Made by a program: the position numbers and the translations under genes. A DNA stretch of 64,000 bases, taken from Podarcis vaucheri (lineage: Eukaryota). Positions 24,034 through 36,769 of the stretch are shown here, in pieces. Location: assembly GCA_965113315.1 (NCBI GenBank), contig OZ220375.1. The stretch is one strand, 5' to 3'. Each line of letters begins with the position of its first letter. Positions within the stretch are counted from its first letter, which is position 1. The notes beneath the pieces were generated by a model, which was given only the letters and a program-made list of their open reading frames with translations, was not told where the DNA came from and searched no databases.

Positions 24034-24999
24034 TCAATGAATACAGGAACAAAACCCAAATTGGCACAATGCTTTTCTAAGAATATCCTTTACATCTTTG
24101 TTCCTTAGGCTGTATATGAAGGGATTAGCCATTGGAGTTAGAATTGTGTACAAGAAGGAGAAAACCTTATTTAGATCTTTGAATTTACCACTTGTTGGTA
24201 AGATGTAGACAAAGGTTAAAGATCCATAGAAAACCGAAACAACAGTGAGATGAGAAGAGCAAGTAGAAAAGGCCTTTTGCCTCCCAGTCACAGATGGGAT
24301 TTTTAGGATTGTACTGATGATAAAAATGTAAGATGTTACAGTTATGAGAAATGTGGGTAGAATTCCGATGGATGATGTTATGAATGCTGCAGTTTCAATA
24401 ACCCGGGTATCACTGCAAGACAGTCTTACTACAGGTGTAAAATCACAAAAGAAATGGTCAATTTGATATTGACTGCAGAAAGTGAGCTGGGTCAACAAAG
24501 ATGTTAAGATGGTTATAAGTAGCGACCCAATTAACCAGGATACTGAAACCAGCAGGATGCATGTTCTGTTGTCCATAAGCATGACATAATGCAATGGTCT
24601 ACATATGGCTAGGTAGCGATCATATGACATCACTGCCAAGAGGTAACATTCAGTAGCTCCCAAGGTGGAAAATATATGCATCTGTAGGATGCAGCCCACA
24701 AAAGAAATGGTTTTGTCCCCTGTAAGAAAACTGTTCAGCATTCTTGGTAAGATAGTCGAGGTGTAGCATATCTCCACGAAGGACAAATTTGACAGAAAGA
24801 AATACATGGGAGTGTGAAGGTGCTGCTCAGCCATGACAAGTACAACTATGAGGAGATTACCAGACAGAGTCACAATATAGATGACTAGAAATAACAAAAA
24901 GAGGAGTATATTCAAGTTCTCAACATTCCTAAATCCCAGGAGAATGATTTCAGTGATACCTGTTCCGTTTTGCCATTCTGAGTTTTTCAAATGCTGCAT
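24034..24999 (-). CDS. Olfactory receptor, 321 aa (second subfamily)
   Basis: All OR motifs present; near-identical paralogue of 28911-29876. Confidence 0.97.
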   Translation of the reverse strand: MQHLKNSEWQNGTGITEIILLGFRNVENLNILLFLLFLVIYIVTLSGNLLIVVLVMAEQHLHTPMYFFLSNLSFVEICYTSTILPRMLNSFLTGDKTISFVGCILQMHIFSTLGATECYLLAVMSYDRYLAICRPLHYVMLMDNRTCILLVSVSWLIGSLLITILTSLLTQLTFCSQYQIDHFFCDFTPVVRLSCSDTRVIETAAFITSSIGILPTFLITVTSYIFIISTILKIPSVTGRQKAFSTCSSHLTVVSVFYGSLTFVYILPTSGKFKDLNKVFSFLYTILTPMANPFIYSLRNKDVKDILRKALCQFGFCSCIH

Positions 25000-25593
25000 C
25001 TATAGATAGGAAGTAATATACTGAGTAATTGAAAAAAATAGGTTTCCACCCACCCCCATCCCCACACAAGAATTAAGCAACCATCACTCAACACACATAC
25101 ACCATTGTGCCATATACACATCTTTTTTAGCAGGGCCATTTTAAATCAGCACTTGCCTTGGTTTTGCTGCATCTCTTGACAAGTTGCTATGTAATATGTT
25201 TGTTCACTTCTTATGGGCTGCAGAAAATCTGCAGAAAATTCTTGACTCTGAAGATGGGCACTTTCAAACTGCCATTATTTGGGGGTGGGATTCAATCACT
25301 GACTGGCAAATTCAGGGTGCAAAAGTAAAAAAGAAAGAAATGGCTTGTGCTGTTGTGCAACATATCTGGCTCCCCACAAATCCACAATAAGGGGAACTGC
25401 TCTTAAATGTGTGGAATAACAATTGCAACATTGTGTAACTTCCCTGATGCTGCCTATCCTCTCTGCAAACTTTTTGCAAAACAATCAAGATGACTCTTGA
25501 TTCTAAGTCATCTAGAAGCAACTTGAGACATGTGGAAACAGGTGTGCACTTCATAGCAAATATAGATAGGTTGGATGGGTGTAAGGTCTAAAA

Positions 25594-25717
25594 CAGGCAT
25601 AGGCAAACTCTGGCTCTACAGATGTTTTGGAACTACAATTCCCATCATCCCTGACCACTGGTCTTGTTAGCTAGGGATGATGGAAATTGTAGTTCCAAAA
25701 CAGTTTGCCTATGCCTG
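25594..25717. mobile_element. hAT/Charlie-type palindromic MITE
   Basis: Perfect 16-bp TIR CAGGCATAGGCAAACT; 8-bp flanks GTCTAAAA / GTGTAAAA; internal hairpin. Confidence 0.9.
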
Positions 25718-27429
25718 GTGTAAAAGAAAAAGGAGGTGTGTGCAATGTAAGGAAGATTCATGATAGAAGTTTTGAGCCAATGTTAGTCTAAATGTTTTGG
25801 CTGCTGATTATTATCCCCTCCTTTTTTTAAAAAAAAATCATAGCCTCAGTTCCTTTAAACTAGAAATCTAACCCGCAGTGTGGTGAAAAGAGCAGGTAGA
25901 TAGTAGCTTTTGCCATGGATGGGATTTTCAGGTCTGTGCTGCTGTCGAAAATAAAAGGTATCACAGTTTCAAGAAAAATAAACAGAATTCCTGTGGCTGG
26001 TGCTGTAGTTTCAATTACCCAGGTGTAATGGCAAGGACGTTTCACCATGGGTGCAAAACTGCAAAGTAAATGGTTTTATATTGGCTGCAGAAAGGGAGTC
26101 ATGTCTTCTACAACTAACAAATAATATACTGAGTCAAGGACTCTTAAGGAATTAGTCAACAGCAATCCAAAACATACGGTAAATGTTCATGTCAGATACT
26201 GTATCCATCTTTTGAACAATGTTTTATGGTATTTTTTTTTAAATGCATAATTGAGTTCCCTTCTCATAAACAGTGGAAAACATAATAGAATCAAAATAAG
26301 AATTATGAAAGCATGATATTGATGGGAGAACATGGGGTGCATTGCAGGGAAGAGCAGTAATAATGGGGACAGCTGGATTTCAGGAAAACATGCCAAACAT
26401 TGCTGCTCTTCTCATTAAAGATTGTTCCCACTGAGGAATCTTCAATAAGATCCTAAATGAGTCAAAAAAATCCCTGGAAGGAGTAGAATTTTTAAAAATC
26501 TACTTTAAGCAATTTACCTAAAATCTGAGTGTACCTGCTTTTTCACATCCATTTCTAGAAGGTTCTTTCTTTCATGATGTTTGTAACTCCAGGTGATGTA
26601 TTTCTGGCTTACCCATTGATATGTCCAAACTATTAAGAAGAAGGCTACGAAACACTGAATATATTCATTTGTATTTATATTTGTATCTGCACAGTCTCAC
26701 AGACACATTCTCTCTCATATGCCAGGTTAATTGCATTATTCTTTTATTCTCAGTGGGGAAAGCCAAGCAGAACACAAAAGCCCCCAAGAGCCATTGTTGA
26801 TTGCAAATGAAGTTTCTATTCAAGGGAGACTATTGATCAGGTAGGAGAGAGAGGCAGAGCATAAACACTGAGGATGAAAGAATGAACAGATATCATCTTC
26901 TTATGTCTCTCACATATTTAAAATGGCAGCCCTCCAGTCAGGAGAACCAATGTTATCATAATATAACTATGCCTAATTTTCACAGAAATATAAAATAACA
27001 TGGTAGACCTATTTCTGGACTGTATGTCCTCAGACTTCAGGTGACTTCACATGACTGTTCAAGCCAAATATCACCTGCTATCTATATTCATGAAGGGTGG
27101 GATATAAACATTATTAATAGAAATGTCCATCTATAGATAGAGATACATTCTCTGAGCACAGAAATTTAATTAAGAATGAGCCAAAACATATCCAACCCAA
27201 TTAGTTTCCACCTTTGTACGTGGCAAAAATGGCACACCCATTTTGGACTTTTTGTTCAGGGATTATAAATAAGCTTCTAGAACACTAGCTTGGCTTCCCA
27301 GTGGCACTGATGATGATGGTGCTCCTCACAGTTGCTAATGACTAATGCTTTCCCATGGGATGTTGATATATGGTGAATGCCATTGTTCTGAGGCGGCTCC
27401 TTCTGTGAGGGGTTCTGCAGCATTTTGAA

Positions 27430-27763
27430 GTTGCAAGAAGCCCAAATAAACATAGTGGTGCAAAGCATCCATTGATAGAAATGGTTCTGCCTCCAGTCAG
27501 AAAAGTGACCAGTATCTTTGGCATGAGAGTTGAGCTATAGCAAGTCTCCAGACAGGAGAGATTTCCCAGGAAGAAATACATGAGTGTGTGAAGATGCTGA
27601 TCAAGAATCACTAGAATAATAATGAGGATGTTTCCAGCTATGGTTATATAGGTAGAAACAATATAGCAAATAAAACTCATATATCTTCATTATTAAAGTA
27701 CAAGAGGATGAATGTTATGGACTCTGTTTTATTTCCTTGTTTCTTATTGCTTTTCAGTTGCAT
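27430..27763 (-). pseudogene. OR pseudogene, 3'-truncated in TM3
   Basis: ATG at 27763 (MQLKSNKKQGNKTESITFILL). TGA at 27679-27677 where the 14807 paralogue has TGG. Frameshift near 27645. Then GNILIIILVILDQHLHTLMYFFLGNLSCLETCY...GLLAT, after which homology ends. Confidence 0.93.
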
Positions 27764-28910
27764 CTAAATAAATCAGATGATATCTAGAAAAAATTAAGAC
27801 TTGAATATTTGATGCGGAAATCACTGTAATTCATAGGGTAATATAAATGACATATCAAAAGATTTTTGTTTTCAAGTAACCCATTTTAAAGAGACATACA
27901 AAATTATGCTTTTATACTTTCAGCAGTTCTCGTTTTAATAAGATGCCTTGAATCCCATCAAGGAAAAAGAGAGGGTATAAATAAATAAATAATAGCTTTC
28001 CACCACAAGAATGAGTTTCAAAGATTTACTGGAAACAGCCTTAAAATATTTACATAGAAACAATACAAAATACAAAGTAATGCATTGCTCTTTAACAGCA
28101 GTTGAGGAGAGTAAAATGAGCTTCAGTCTATTTTAAGCTGATGCTGAGGCCTTACCTGAGTGATCAAAGTTTGTTCCAACACGAATCACATGGTTGCCCT
28201 TGGTTTTAGAAGAAAACAACTACTGTAATCCTAAGTGGACAGCATCCAGTCTAAAATTGCTGCTAAGTATTGGAATAACTGTCAAATTGTGATTTTATGG
28301 GTATATGATTATTTAAAACCATTCAGTCAATAGTTATCTTGTTTAAGGCATACAATATTGTATAATGCATTTTATACAATTTTTCAATACATTGTGATCA
28401 TATATAATATACACAATCAGCAAATCAATATACAAGGTTTTTGAGATATATAAAATGTAACAGCACATAGACAGCATCCATTAACAGCAAAATAAGAGTA
28501 GAGGCATATTCATCATGGTTTGTATCCATCTAAGAGCAGATCCACACCGAAAATTCAAAACACATCCAAAGTACACTTAAAGCACATGGTTTCTGCCAGA
28601 ATATTCTGGGAAATGTATTTGTTAAAAATGCAGAGAATTGTATCTCTGTAAATGGAAAAATGTAGTTCCCAAGGCTCTTTGGGGGAAAACATGTACCTTA
28701 AATATATGATATGGGTCGGCCCTTAGTCACAATCATAGCAGACCTATTAAAATTGATGGATTTAATTAGTCTTGTCCATGGATTTCAATGTATCTATGAC
28801 TTAGTTGGATTCAAACCCATTCATGTAATTAAACACACAGACGTAAATAACAGATCTCTGTGACCTTCAATAACAGTTACACCAGTCCTTATTTCTGGGA
28901 TTCTCTGATA

Positions 28911-29876
28911 TCAATGAATACAAGAACAAAACCCAAATTGGCACAATGCTTTTCTAAGGGTGTCCTTTACATCTTTGTTCCTTAGGCTGTATATGAAGGG
29001 ATTGGCCATTGGAGTTAGAATTGTGTACAAGAAGGAGAAAACCTTATTTAGTTCTTTGAATTTACCAGTTGTTGGTAAGATGTAGACAAACATTAAAGAT
29101 CCATAGAAGACCGAAACAACAGTGAGATGAGAAGAGCAGGTGGAAAAGGCCTTTTGCCTCCCAGTCATAGATGGGATTTTTAGGATTGTACTGATGATAA
29201 AAATGTAAGATGTTACAGTTATGAGAAATGTGGGTAGAATTCCGATGGATGATGTTATGAAAGCAGCAGTTTCAATAACCCAGGTGTCACTGCAAGACAG
29301 TCTTACTAAAGGTGTAAAATCACAAAAGAAATGGTCAATTTGATATTGACTGCAGAAAGTGAGCTGGGTCAACAAAGATGTTAAGATGGTTATAAGCAGC
29401 AATCCAATTAACCAGGAGACTGAAACCAGCAGGATGCATGTTCTGTTGTCCATAAGCGTGACATAATGCAATGGTCTACATATGGCTAGGTAGCGATCAT
29501 ATGACATCACTGCCAAGAGGTAACATTCAGTAGCTGCCAGGGTGGAAAATATATGCATCTGTAAGATGCAGCCCACAATAGAAATGGTTTTGTCCCCTGT
29601 AAGAAAACTGTTCAGCATTCTGGGTAAGATATTTGAGGTGTAGCATATTTCCACAAAGGACAAATTTGACAGAAAGAAATACATGGGAGTGTGAAGGTGC
29701 TGCTCAGCCGTGACAAGTGCAACTATGAGGAGATTACCAGACAGAGTCACAATATAGATGACTAGAAATAACAAGAAGAGGAGTATATTCACATTTTCAA
29801 CATTCCTAAATCCAAGGAGAAGGAATTCGGTGATACCTGTTACGTTTTGCCATTCTGAGTTTTTCAAATGCTGCAT
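28911..29876 (-). CDS. Olfactory receptor, 321 aa (second subfamily)
   Basis: All OR motifs present; paralogue of 24034-24999. Confidence 0.97.
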   Translation of the reverse strand: MQHLKNSEWQNVTGITEFLLLGFRNVENVNILLFLLFLVIYIVTLSGNLLIVALVTAEQHLHTPMYFFLSNLSFVEICYTSNILPRMLNSFLTGDKTISIVGCILQMHIFSTLAATECYLLAVMSYDRYLAICRPLHYVTLMDNRTCILLVSVSWLIGLLLITILTSLLTQLTFCSQYQIDHFFCDFTPLVRLSCSDTWVIETAAFITSSIGILPTFLITVTSYIFIISTILKIPSMTGRQKAFSTCSSHLTVVSVFYGSLMFVYILPTTGKFKELNKVFSFLYTILTPMANPFIYSLRNKDVKDTLRKALCQFGFCSCIH

Positions 29877-29901
29877 CTATAGATAGGAAGTAATATACTG
29901 A

Positions 29902-30078
29902 GTAATTGAAAAAATAGGTTTCCACCCACCCCCATCCCCACACAAGAATTAAGCAACCATCACTCAACACACATACACCATTGTGCTATATACACGTAAT
30001 TGAAGTCATTGAAAAATTAGGTTCCCCCCTATCCCCACACAAGAATTAAACAACCATCACTCAGCACACATACACCAG
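29902..30078. repeat. Local ~90-bp tandem duplication in an OR intron
   Basis: GTAATTGAA...CCCCACACAAGAATTAA.CAACCATCACTCA.CACACATACACCA occurs twice. Confidence 0.88.
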
Positions 30079-32272
30079 TGCTTGCATTGTTTTTGCTGCA
30101 TCTATTAACAAGTTGCTATGTAATGTGTGTTTTTTTCACTTCTTGTGAGCTGCAGAAAATCCTTGACTCAGAAGAAAGGCACTGTCAAACTGCCACTATT
30201 CAGGAGGAGGTTCAATCACTGACAGGCAAATTCAGGGTGCAAAAGTGAAAAAGAAAATTGGTTGTGCAACAGATCTGCTTCCCTACAAATCCACAATAGG
30301 AGGAACTGCACTTAAAAGTGTGGGATAAAAATAAATTATTTTATATTGGCTCTAGAAAGAGAGTCATGTTTTCTATAAGCAAAAGATAACATACTGAGTC
30401 AGAGATCCTTAAAAATTAGTCAAAAAAATAAATATTCATGTCTGATATCCATATTTTGAACAATGTTGTATGGTATAAAATTTGCAAAATTCTCCCTCTT
30501 ATAAGCAGTGGAAAATCTAATTGAATAAAATTAAAAATTGTGAAACCCTGCGAATCATGGGAGAGAACTGGGTGCATTGCAAGGTAATCTGTAATAATGG
30601 TGAGCTTGCTATCTGGAAAACTTGCCTTTCTTCTCATTAAGGATTGTTCCCATTGAAGAATTATCAACAAGATCCTAAATGAATAAAAAATTCCTGGAAT
30701 GAATGTGAAATTTTTTTTTTTGGGGGGGGGGTTACCTAAAGCAATTTTCCCCAAAATCTCAGTGTACCTGCTGCTGAGGGCAACACGTTTTCACATCCAT
30801 TTCTAGAAAGGTCTTTGTTTCATGATGTTTGAAAGTCCAGGTAACATCATTGATCTGTTTATACTATAAAGAAGAAAGCTCTGAAACACTGAATATATTA
30901 ATTTGTATTTATATTTGTATCTGCACAGTCTCACAGACACATTCTTTCTCATATTCCAGGTTAATTACATCATTCTTTTATTCTCAGTGGGAAAAGCTAA
31001 GCAGAACACAAAAGCCCCCAAGAACCATTGTTGACTGCAAATGAAGTTTCCACCCAAGGGAGACCACTGGTCAGGTGGGAGAGAGAGGCAGAGCATAAAC
31101 ATGGAGAATGAAAGAATGAACAGATATCATCTCATTATTTCTCTCACATGTTTGAAATGGCAGTCCTTCAGCCAGGAGAACTGATCTTATCATAATATAA
31201 CTTACACCTAGTTCTCACAGAAATATAAAATGAAATGGTAAATCTATTTTTAGACTGTTTACCCCAAACTTCAAGTCTGGGCTCACATGAAAGCATTCCA
31301 GATCCCACCTGCTTTCTTTATTCATGAAGGGTTGTATATAAACATTATTAATAAATAAGTTTATCTATAGAAATACATTCTCTGATCACAGAAATTTAGG
31401 ATGTCAAGTAGAAACATATAATTAAGAGCCTAAACATATCCACCCCAATTAGTTTCCACATTTGTACGTGGCAAAACTGGAACACCCATTTCATATATTT
31501 TTGGGGTGATGTTTTTCCTCACAGAACTAATGACTGGTGCTTTTCCATAGAATGATGCTATATAATGATGGGCATTGCTTTGAGGGGACTCCTAGTGGGA
31601 GGGAATCTGGTATCAAGAAACAAGTGTTGGCAAAAACAACCAAAACAAATGCTTGTGTTGAAGTTTCAGAACAATTTTCACTCCCTTTTATTCATCCCAA
31701 CTCAGAAAAGAATGAGTTAAACTTTCAGTCTAGTGCACATTAATTTCAGCATAGGTTAACATCTCACTATTCTGCTTGACAGCCCAGTTTTCTGTGTGCA
31801 TGGAATTTATATTGTATTATTGAACATTGTGTCATTTGCGACTGCTCCTGCTGTTTAGGCTGGCATAGTCCAGAAATGGCTTTACTGTCTCCTCAGTAAG
31901 GAGTGGGCTTGAAGGAGAGATTGTGAAAGTCATACTAGTGGCTGGCATATGAGAGGATTTGAGTCCTACTGTCAGTTGAGGCTTACTTCAGAATTCAGAA
32001 TAGGGAAGGATGAAAAAATTGATTGGTCTGCTCTTCACAATGAAAATATTTTGTGTTTCCAAATGTGATTGTGGATAAGAATGCAACTCACATGCTTCTC
32101 TAGATTTTGCACTGCAGTTTCAATGAGAAAAAGCATATGCAAAAGATGCCTACCTGATTAAGATTTCAACTAAATACATCATGCGGATATAATAGAAGAC
32201 AATGAAAAACATTAAAATAGTTAAATCTATGTTAATGAAGCATCCTCATCGTTCCCCACATTATCCTCAATC

Positions 32273-33217
32273 TTAATGAATTCTATTAATCATCTTAAAT
32301 AAAGTATTCTTTATTGCTTCCTTCACTTCTTTGTTCCTCAAACTGTATACAAGGGGGTTGACCAGTGGGGTGAGCAAAGTATAGAACAGAGAGAATACTT
32401 TCTTCAACTCACTCAGATAACTCTTGTTTGGTAATACATAGACTATCATCAGGGAGCCATAGAAGCAAGCAACCACGGTCAGGTGAGAGGAACATGTAGA
32501 AAATGCCTTTTGTTTCCCAGTGGTGGATGGGATCCTTAAAATGCTCTTGATAATACAAACATAAGATGCCACGGTTATTAAAAGAGGGGGCAGAGTGCCT
32601 ATGGAGGAGAAAATGAAGGCTGTCATTTCAGCCACTTTGGTGTCATCGCAGGAAAGTCTTATCAATGGGGTGAAATCACAGAAGAAATGGTTTATTTTGT
32701 TGGCACCACAGAAACTCAGGTGAGATACCAAGAATATCATGACATTGATAGGTAGTGACCCACTGATCCATGATCCAGCAATCAGCAGAAAGCAAATTCT
32801 TCCATTCATGAGTATTGCATAATGCAATGGCTTACATATTGCTAAGTAGCGATCGTAAGACATCACTGCTAGAAAGTAGCATTCTGTAGTTGCAAGAAGC
32901 CCAAAGAAATATAGCTGTGCAAAACATCCATTAATAGAAATGGTTCTGACTCCAGTCAGAAAACTGACCAGCATCCTCGGCATGACAGTTGAGCTGTAAC
33001 AAGTCTCCAGGCATGACAGGTTTCCCAGGAAGAAATACATGGGTGTGTGAAGATGCTGATCAAGAATCACTAGAATAATAATGAGGATGTTTCCAGCCAT
33101 GATTGCAAGGTAGATTGGTAGAAACAGTATGAAAAGTAGTATCGGTACATCATCACTATTGAAGTCCAGGAGAATAAATGCCACAGGGGCTGTCTGATTT
33201 CCTTCTTCTCGTTTCAT
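32273..33217 (-). CDS. Olfactory receptor, 314 aa
   Basis: All OR motifs present. The codon after the acceptor (33229-33227) is ATA; the first ATG is four codons later. Confidence 0.95.
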   Translation of the reverse strand: MKREEGNQTAPVAFILLDFNSDDVPILLFILFLPIYLAIMAGNILIIILVILDQHLHTPMYFFLGNLSCLETCYSSTVMPRMLVSFLTGVRTISINGCFAQLYFFGLLATTECYFLAVMSYDRYLAICKPLHYAILMNGRICFLLIAGSWISGSLPINVMIFLVSHLSFCGANKINHFFCDFTPLIRLSCDDTKVAEMTAFIFSSIGTLPPLLITVASYVCIIKSILRIPSTTGKQKAFSTCSSHLTVVACFYGSLMIVYVLPNKSYLSELKKVFSLFYTLLTPLVNPLVYSLRNKEVKEAIKNTLFKMINRIH

Positions 33218-34072
33218 GTTGAGGTGTATCTAAATAACATCAGGCAGTGTTAATAAAGATTTGCACTTGTAGAACTGATGCAGGAGTTTCTGTAACTCAG
33301 CTGAGAAAACCACATTATATATAGGTTAAGTAAACAATTCTACTATATTATGAAGTTGACATTCAAATGAGCACAACATGTAATTATTTGCTAAGACTGT
33401 ATTCCTGTCAATGCATAGAAACTTTGCAGGTGGGATCACATTAGAAGAGAAAAGTCTCCCTGTTTCTACTCAGCACCTATTGAGGGTGATTTCATTTCAT
33501 TTATTTTACAAAAGAAACGCTGCATTTCAATTGCATTCAGTCCTTTAACATTATGTGCAGTTAAAGGCCAAAGACAACAATCCAAATAAATTGATGTTTA
33601 CATTTGAGGATGGGATTTGTGGAAAATTCTCAATGTTCTTTGCTTTCAGTGTTAGTTTCACCAATAAATTGTGTAACTCATTGGTTTCTCAGGGATATTT
33701 CTACCAAATATAGCTCACATACATTAGTCAGCAGAACAGATAAAGGGCTGCTTTCAAGTTCATGGGTGAGGCAAAACTTATTTGAATGCTATGCATCAGC
33801 TTCTTCAATTTCTATGCTGGCAGCAACTAAAGTAAATAGTATGTTTGTATGGATAATTTCAATAAAGGAGCTTACATAGCTCATCTGTGCAAGTTCTGTA
33901 TTAAACAATACAGCAGCATGTAAGAGCTCACCAGTATCTAGACACACAAATCCATATGCACATTTAGAGGCATCTTAATTTCTAAAATCATGCAGAATTG
34001 ATCTCATTGGCAAGCAGTTGGCAACAAATATAATGTAGTATGAAATAAAAGAGAGGGTGAAGTTCTGCCAGT

Positions 34073-34770
34073 TGTGTGACCAGGCAGTGACAGCCCCAGC
34101 CCCCAGGGACTATAAGGAAAGAATAAAGACTCTGATGATGTTATATGGAATTACAATTAGGCTACAACTTTATTAAACTTCTGAATGTAGGAAGACCTTG
34201 GCTTAGGCTGTGGGCGTGTATCCCTCCCACCCCCCAGCCAGGGGGAGCTGGGGCTCATCAGGGTAAATGGGATATTGGGGTGCTCTGCGAGACATAAGTG
34301 TAGCAGGCAGCCCAGCCCATATTCCCACATGCAGGGGAGTTTACTGACAACCTTTCAGTGGCCAGTGACACCCATTATATATAACCCCTTTAAGAGGAGA
34401 CCCTGGAATTGCTGCTGCAGGGGGGGAGTGAATCACCACTTCACGCCCTCTCCCCATACAGGGAAGAAAAGACTAAAGGATTCCACCCAAGGCCATAACC
34501 GCCAAAGTTGTGACGAACTGCTACAGGGAAGACGAAACCTGCCAATGCAGGAAAATTTCTCCCTGGTCCTTCAACAGCAACCAGTCAAAGACCGTAGCAG
34601 CGCCCACTAAACAGGAAGAAAAAGTTAACCTGCAAACAAGAGAACATTAAACTAAGGGAGGGTAGAGAGTGTGAATCTCCTAAGCCGACTGCCTGGATAC
34701 TGTCAGCTCCACCTCCCAGCAATGAAACTTGACTACAGAAGCTGGGCATGAACCTCCAAAGATTAACACT
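34073..34770 (-). mobile_element. Interspersed repeat, probably a DIRS/Ngaro terminal-repeat derivative (ends approximate)
   Basis: GC-rich island. Shares GGCYACAACTTTATT (34160) and a core at 34480-34570 with 36770-37480 and 53178-53280. Confidence 0.5.
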
Positions 34771-35499
34771 GAGAGGCAGGCCAGTCCTTGTTTGCCAGTA
34801 AGTTCCCTGGGAACTGTAGCACCGCGTGCAATCCTGTAAAGGGCTCCCACAATGTAAAGTGTGAGTGCTCACTATCAAACTTAAGAATTGTCTGATAAAA
34901 GAGCCTAAATGATTGAAAATACATACTTGTTCACCAACAGACTCAAAAACTACTTGGGACACCTCCAGATGACCTATTTGTTGAGAGAGAGAGATAGAGA
35001 GAGAGAGAGCACTGGACTGGAAAGATGATAAACAAAATGTGAAAAGAGAAATATGAAAACTGTAGTCAGTCACTATGATTATTGCATGACATTCCTGTGA
35101 CTGGAGTCAAGATTATGCCTGAGCATGATCTGCTGCCCAGTCTTGTGCTATTGATGCTGCTGCAATCTCACACCTCTCCTGCCTCTAGCATTGAGTACCT
35201 GGTTCCTATGTTTGTGTGTAAGAGCAGTCTGAGATATTACCTGTTTTCATCCTGATGCTCTGTCAAATAAAACTATTTAATTTAAACAGCTGAAATCTAA
35301 ATGGGAATTGAAAAATAAATATAAAAGAATACTTCACCCAGGCTGTGATCAGGTCACAGGCAAAGAGTGTTCAGGAATCCTGGAGCATGGGAATAGTTGG
35401 ACACATAACATAATTTCTGTTGATCTTCATCAGTTGTATGTTAGGTAGAAGCCATTATATTAGTGAAACATCATTATATCCAACACTTCAAAGCTGTCT

Positions 35500-35710
35500 A
35501 GGTGTCTCTGACACCTTGACAATCTTGCCCTATACTGAAAATGTGGATGAATGTTTTGCGAAATCCCTCCCCCTGCATAATACAATTCATCTATAGGTCA
35601 TATATATATCTCCAAACCAATTAATCAACCTGAAAAAAATCTCAGTAAGAAATGTAAAAGAAGAAGAAAACACTTAAACCATAAGGGAAATTAATGAGTA
35701 AAGTAGAAAT
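35500..35710 (-). promoter_or_regulatory. Putative promoter of OR 32273-33217
   Basis: Homologous to the other upstream blocks: CTGAAAATGTGGAT, CTGAAAAAAATCTCAG, CCATAAGGGAAATTAATGAG (~35679). Confidence 0.55.
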
Positions 35711-35877
35711 TCCTAACAATCAAGAATCAACAAAGGCAAGAAAAAAATAGAAGACACTCAAGGGAGGGAGAGCAATAAGTGCACTTAAGATAATGAGGAA
35801 AAATGTATTATTATGTATGTTTGGGGTGAGTGGGGGGGCATATGAATGAAAGAAAGAGATGTGTCTGAGGGGAAAAC

Positions 35878-36005
35878 AAGGGGGTGCATAACCCTAAATA
35901 TTTTGTGAATCTTTGTACTTTTGTCCATTTACTGCATTTATTTTTCCTGATTTGAACTATAAAATGAGAGAACTCCTAAACATTTTTTAAGGGGGGAAAA
36001 GCACT
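35878..36005. mobile_element. Partial hAT-like element, uninterrupted homologue of 2875-3233
   Basis: TTTTGTGAATCTTTGTACTTTTGTC...TTTGAACTATAAAATG...AAAAGCACT. Confidence 0.7.
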
Positions 36006-36769
36006 CATGAGGGGTTTCATGTAACTCACCCTGACAGCTTTCCTTGAAGGATTAAGAGGGAATAAAATGGTCAACAAAAAAGGAATGAGGTAAGCAAAAA
36101 GCAAAAACTCACATGAGGAGTCCTCTAGCAATCCAGTAAAAAGCTCAGGTGGTTAGCAATGGAAGACCAAGGCAGCAACAGCAATCTTTGCTGGTTGTAA
36201 GCAAGCAATATTTGTAACATTGCATGGTCATGGGATACATTCACTGAGGCATCCATCCTAGCTTCTGATTTCACAATTCTGTGGCAACATGCCATAGTCT
36301 TAACTCTCATCTTAAAATGGCAGGTTGTTCCCCCCTTTTCTTTCTTATCACTGGATTATTTAGACATGAAGAAGAAAATTATGCGATCTGGCTGAGAGTG
36401 CAACAAATGTGATATTTACATGACCAAAAATTCCAATAAATAGGTCATGAGAATACTGGTAAATTCTATAGCTATTTCCAGATAATTTTATTTTACCAAA
36501 CAAGTTTTTCTGTAGCTGACTTGTAGCTAAACAAACACTCTGGTTCTGGTGTGGGTGTTGGATGCTTACAGCAGGGAAGGAAAATCTATGGCCCTCCAGG
36601 TGTGTCTGCATGACAGCTCCAATAACCCCTGACCTATGCTTATTAGATCTGACAAAAGTTGGAACCTAACAATATCTGGAAGACAACACTTTTCAATCCT
36701 TGGGCTCCAGCTACCACACAAGATTATTAACAGAAAGCAGGTATCATTTGCATACCCAGGCACATGATG

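Larger units (their letters stand above)
23480..31491. repeat. Segmental duplication ~23480-27243 / ~27991-31491
   Basis: Shared downstream flank (ATAGCT.TCCACCACAAGAATG), OR CDS, intron and upstream region ending GTACGTGGCAAAA..GG.ACACCCATTT. Confidence 0.9.

Noticed and set aside
34232-34261. Minus-strand CTGATGAG followed by a GC hairpin, resembling a hammerhead ribozyme core
   Set aside because: The required GAAA after stem II is absent and I could not form stems I and III
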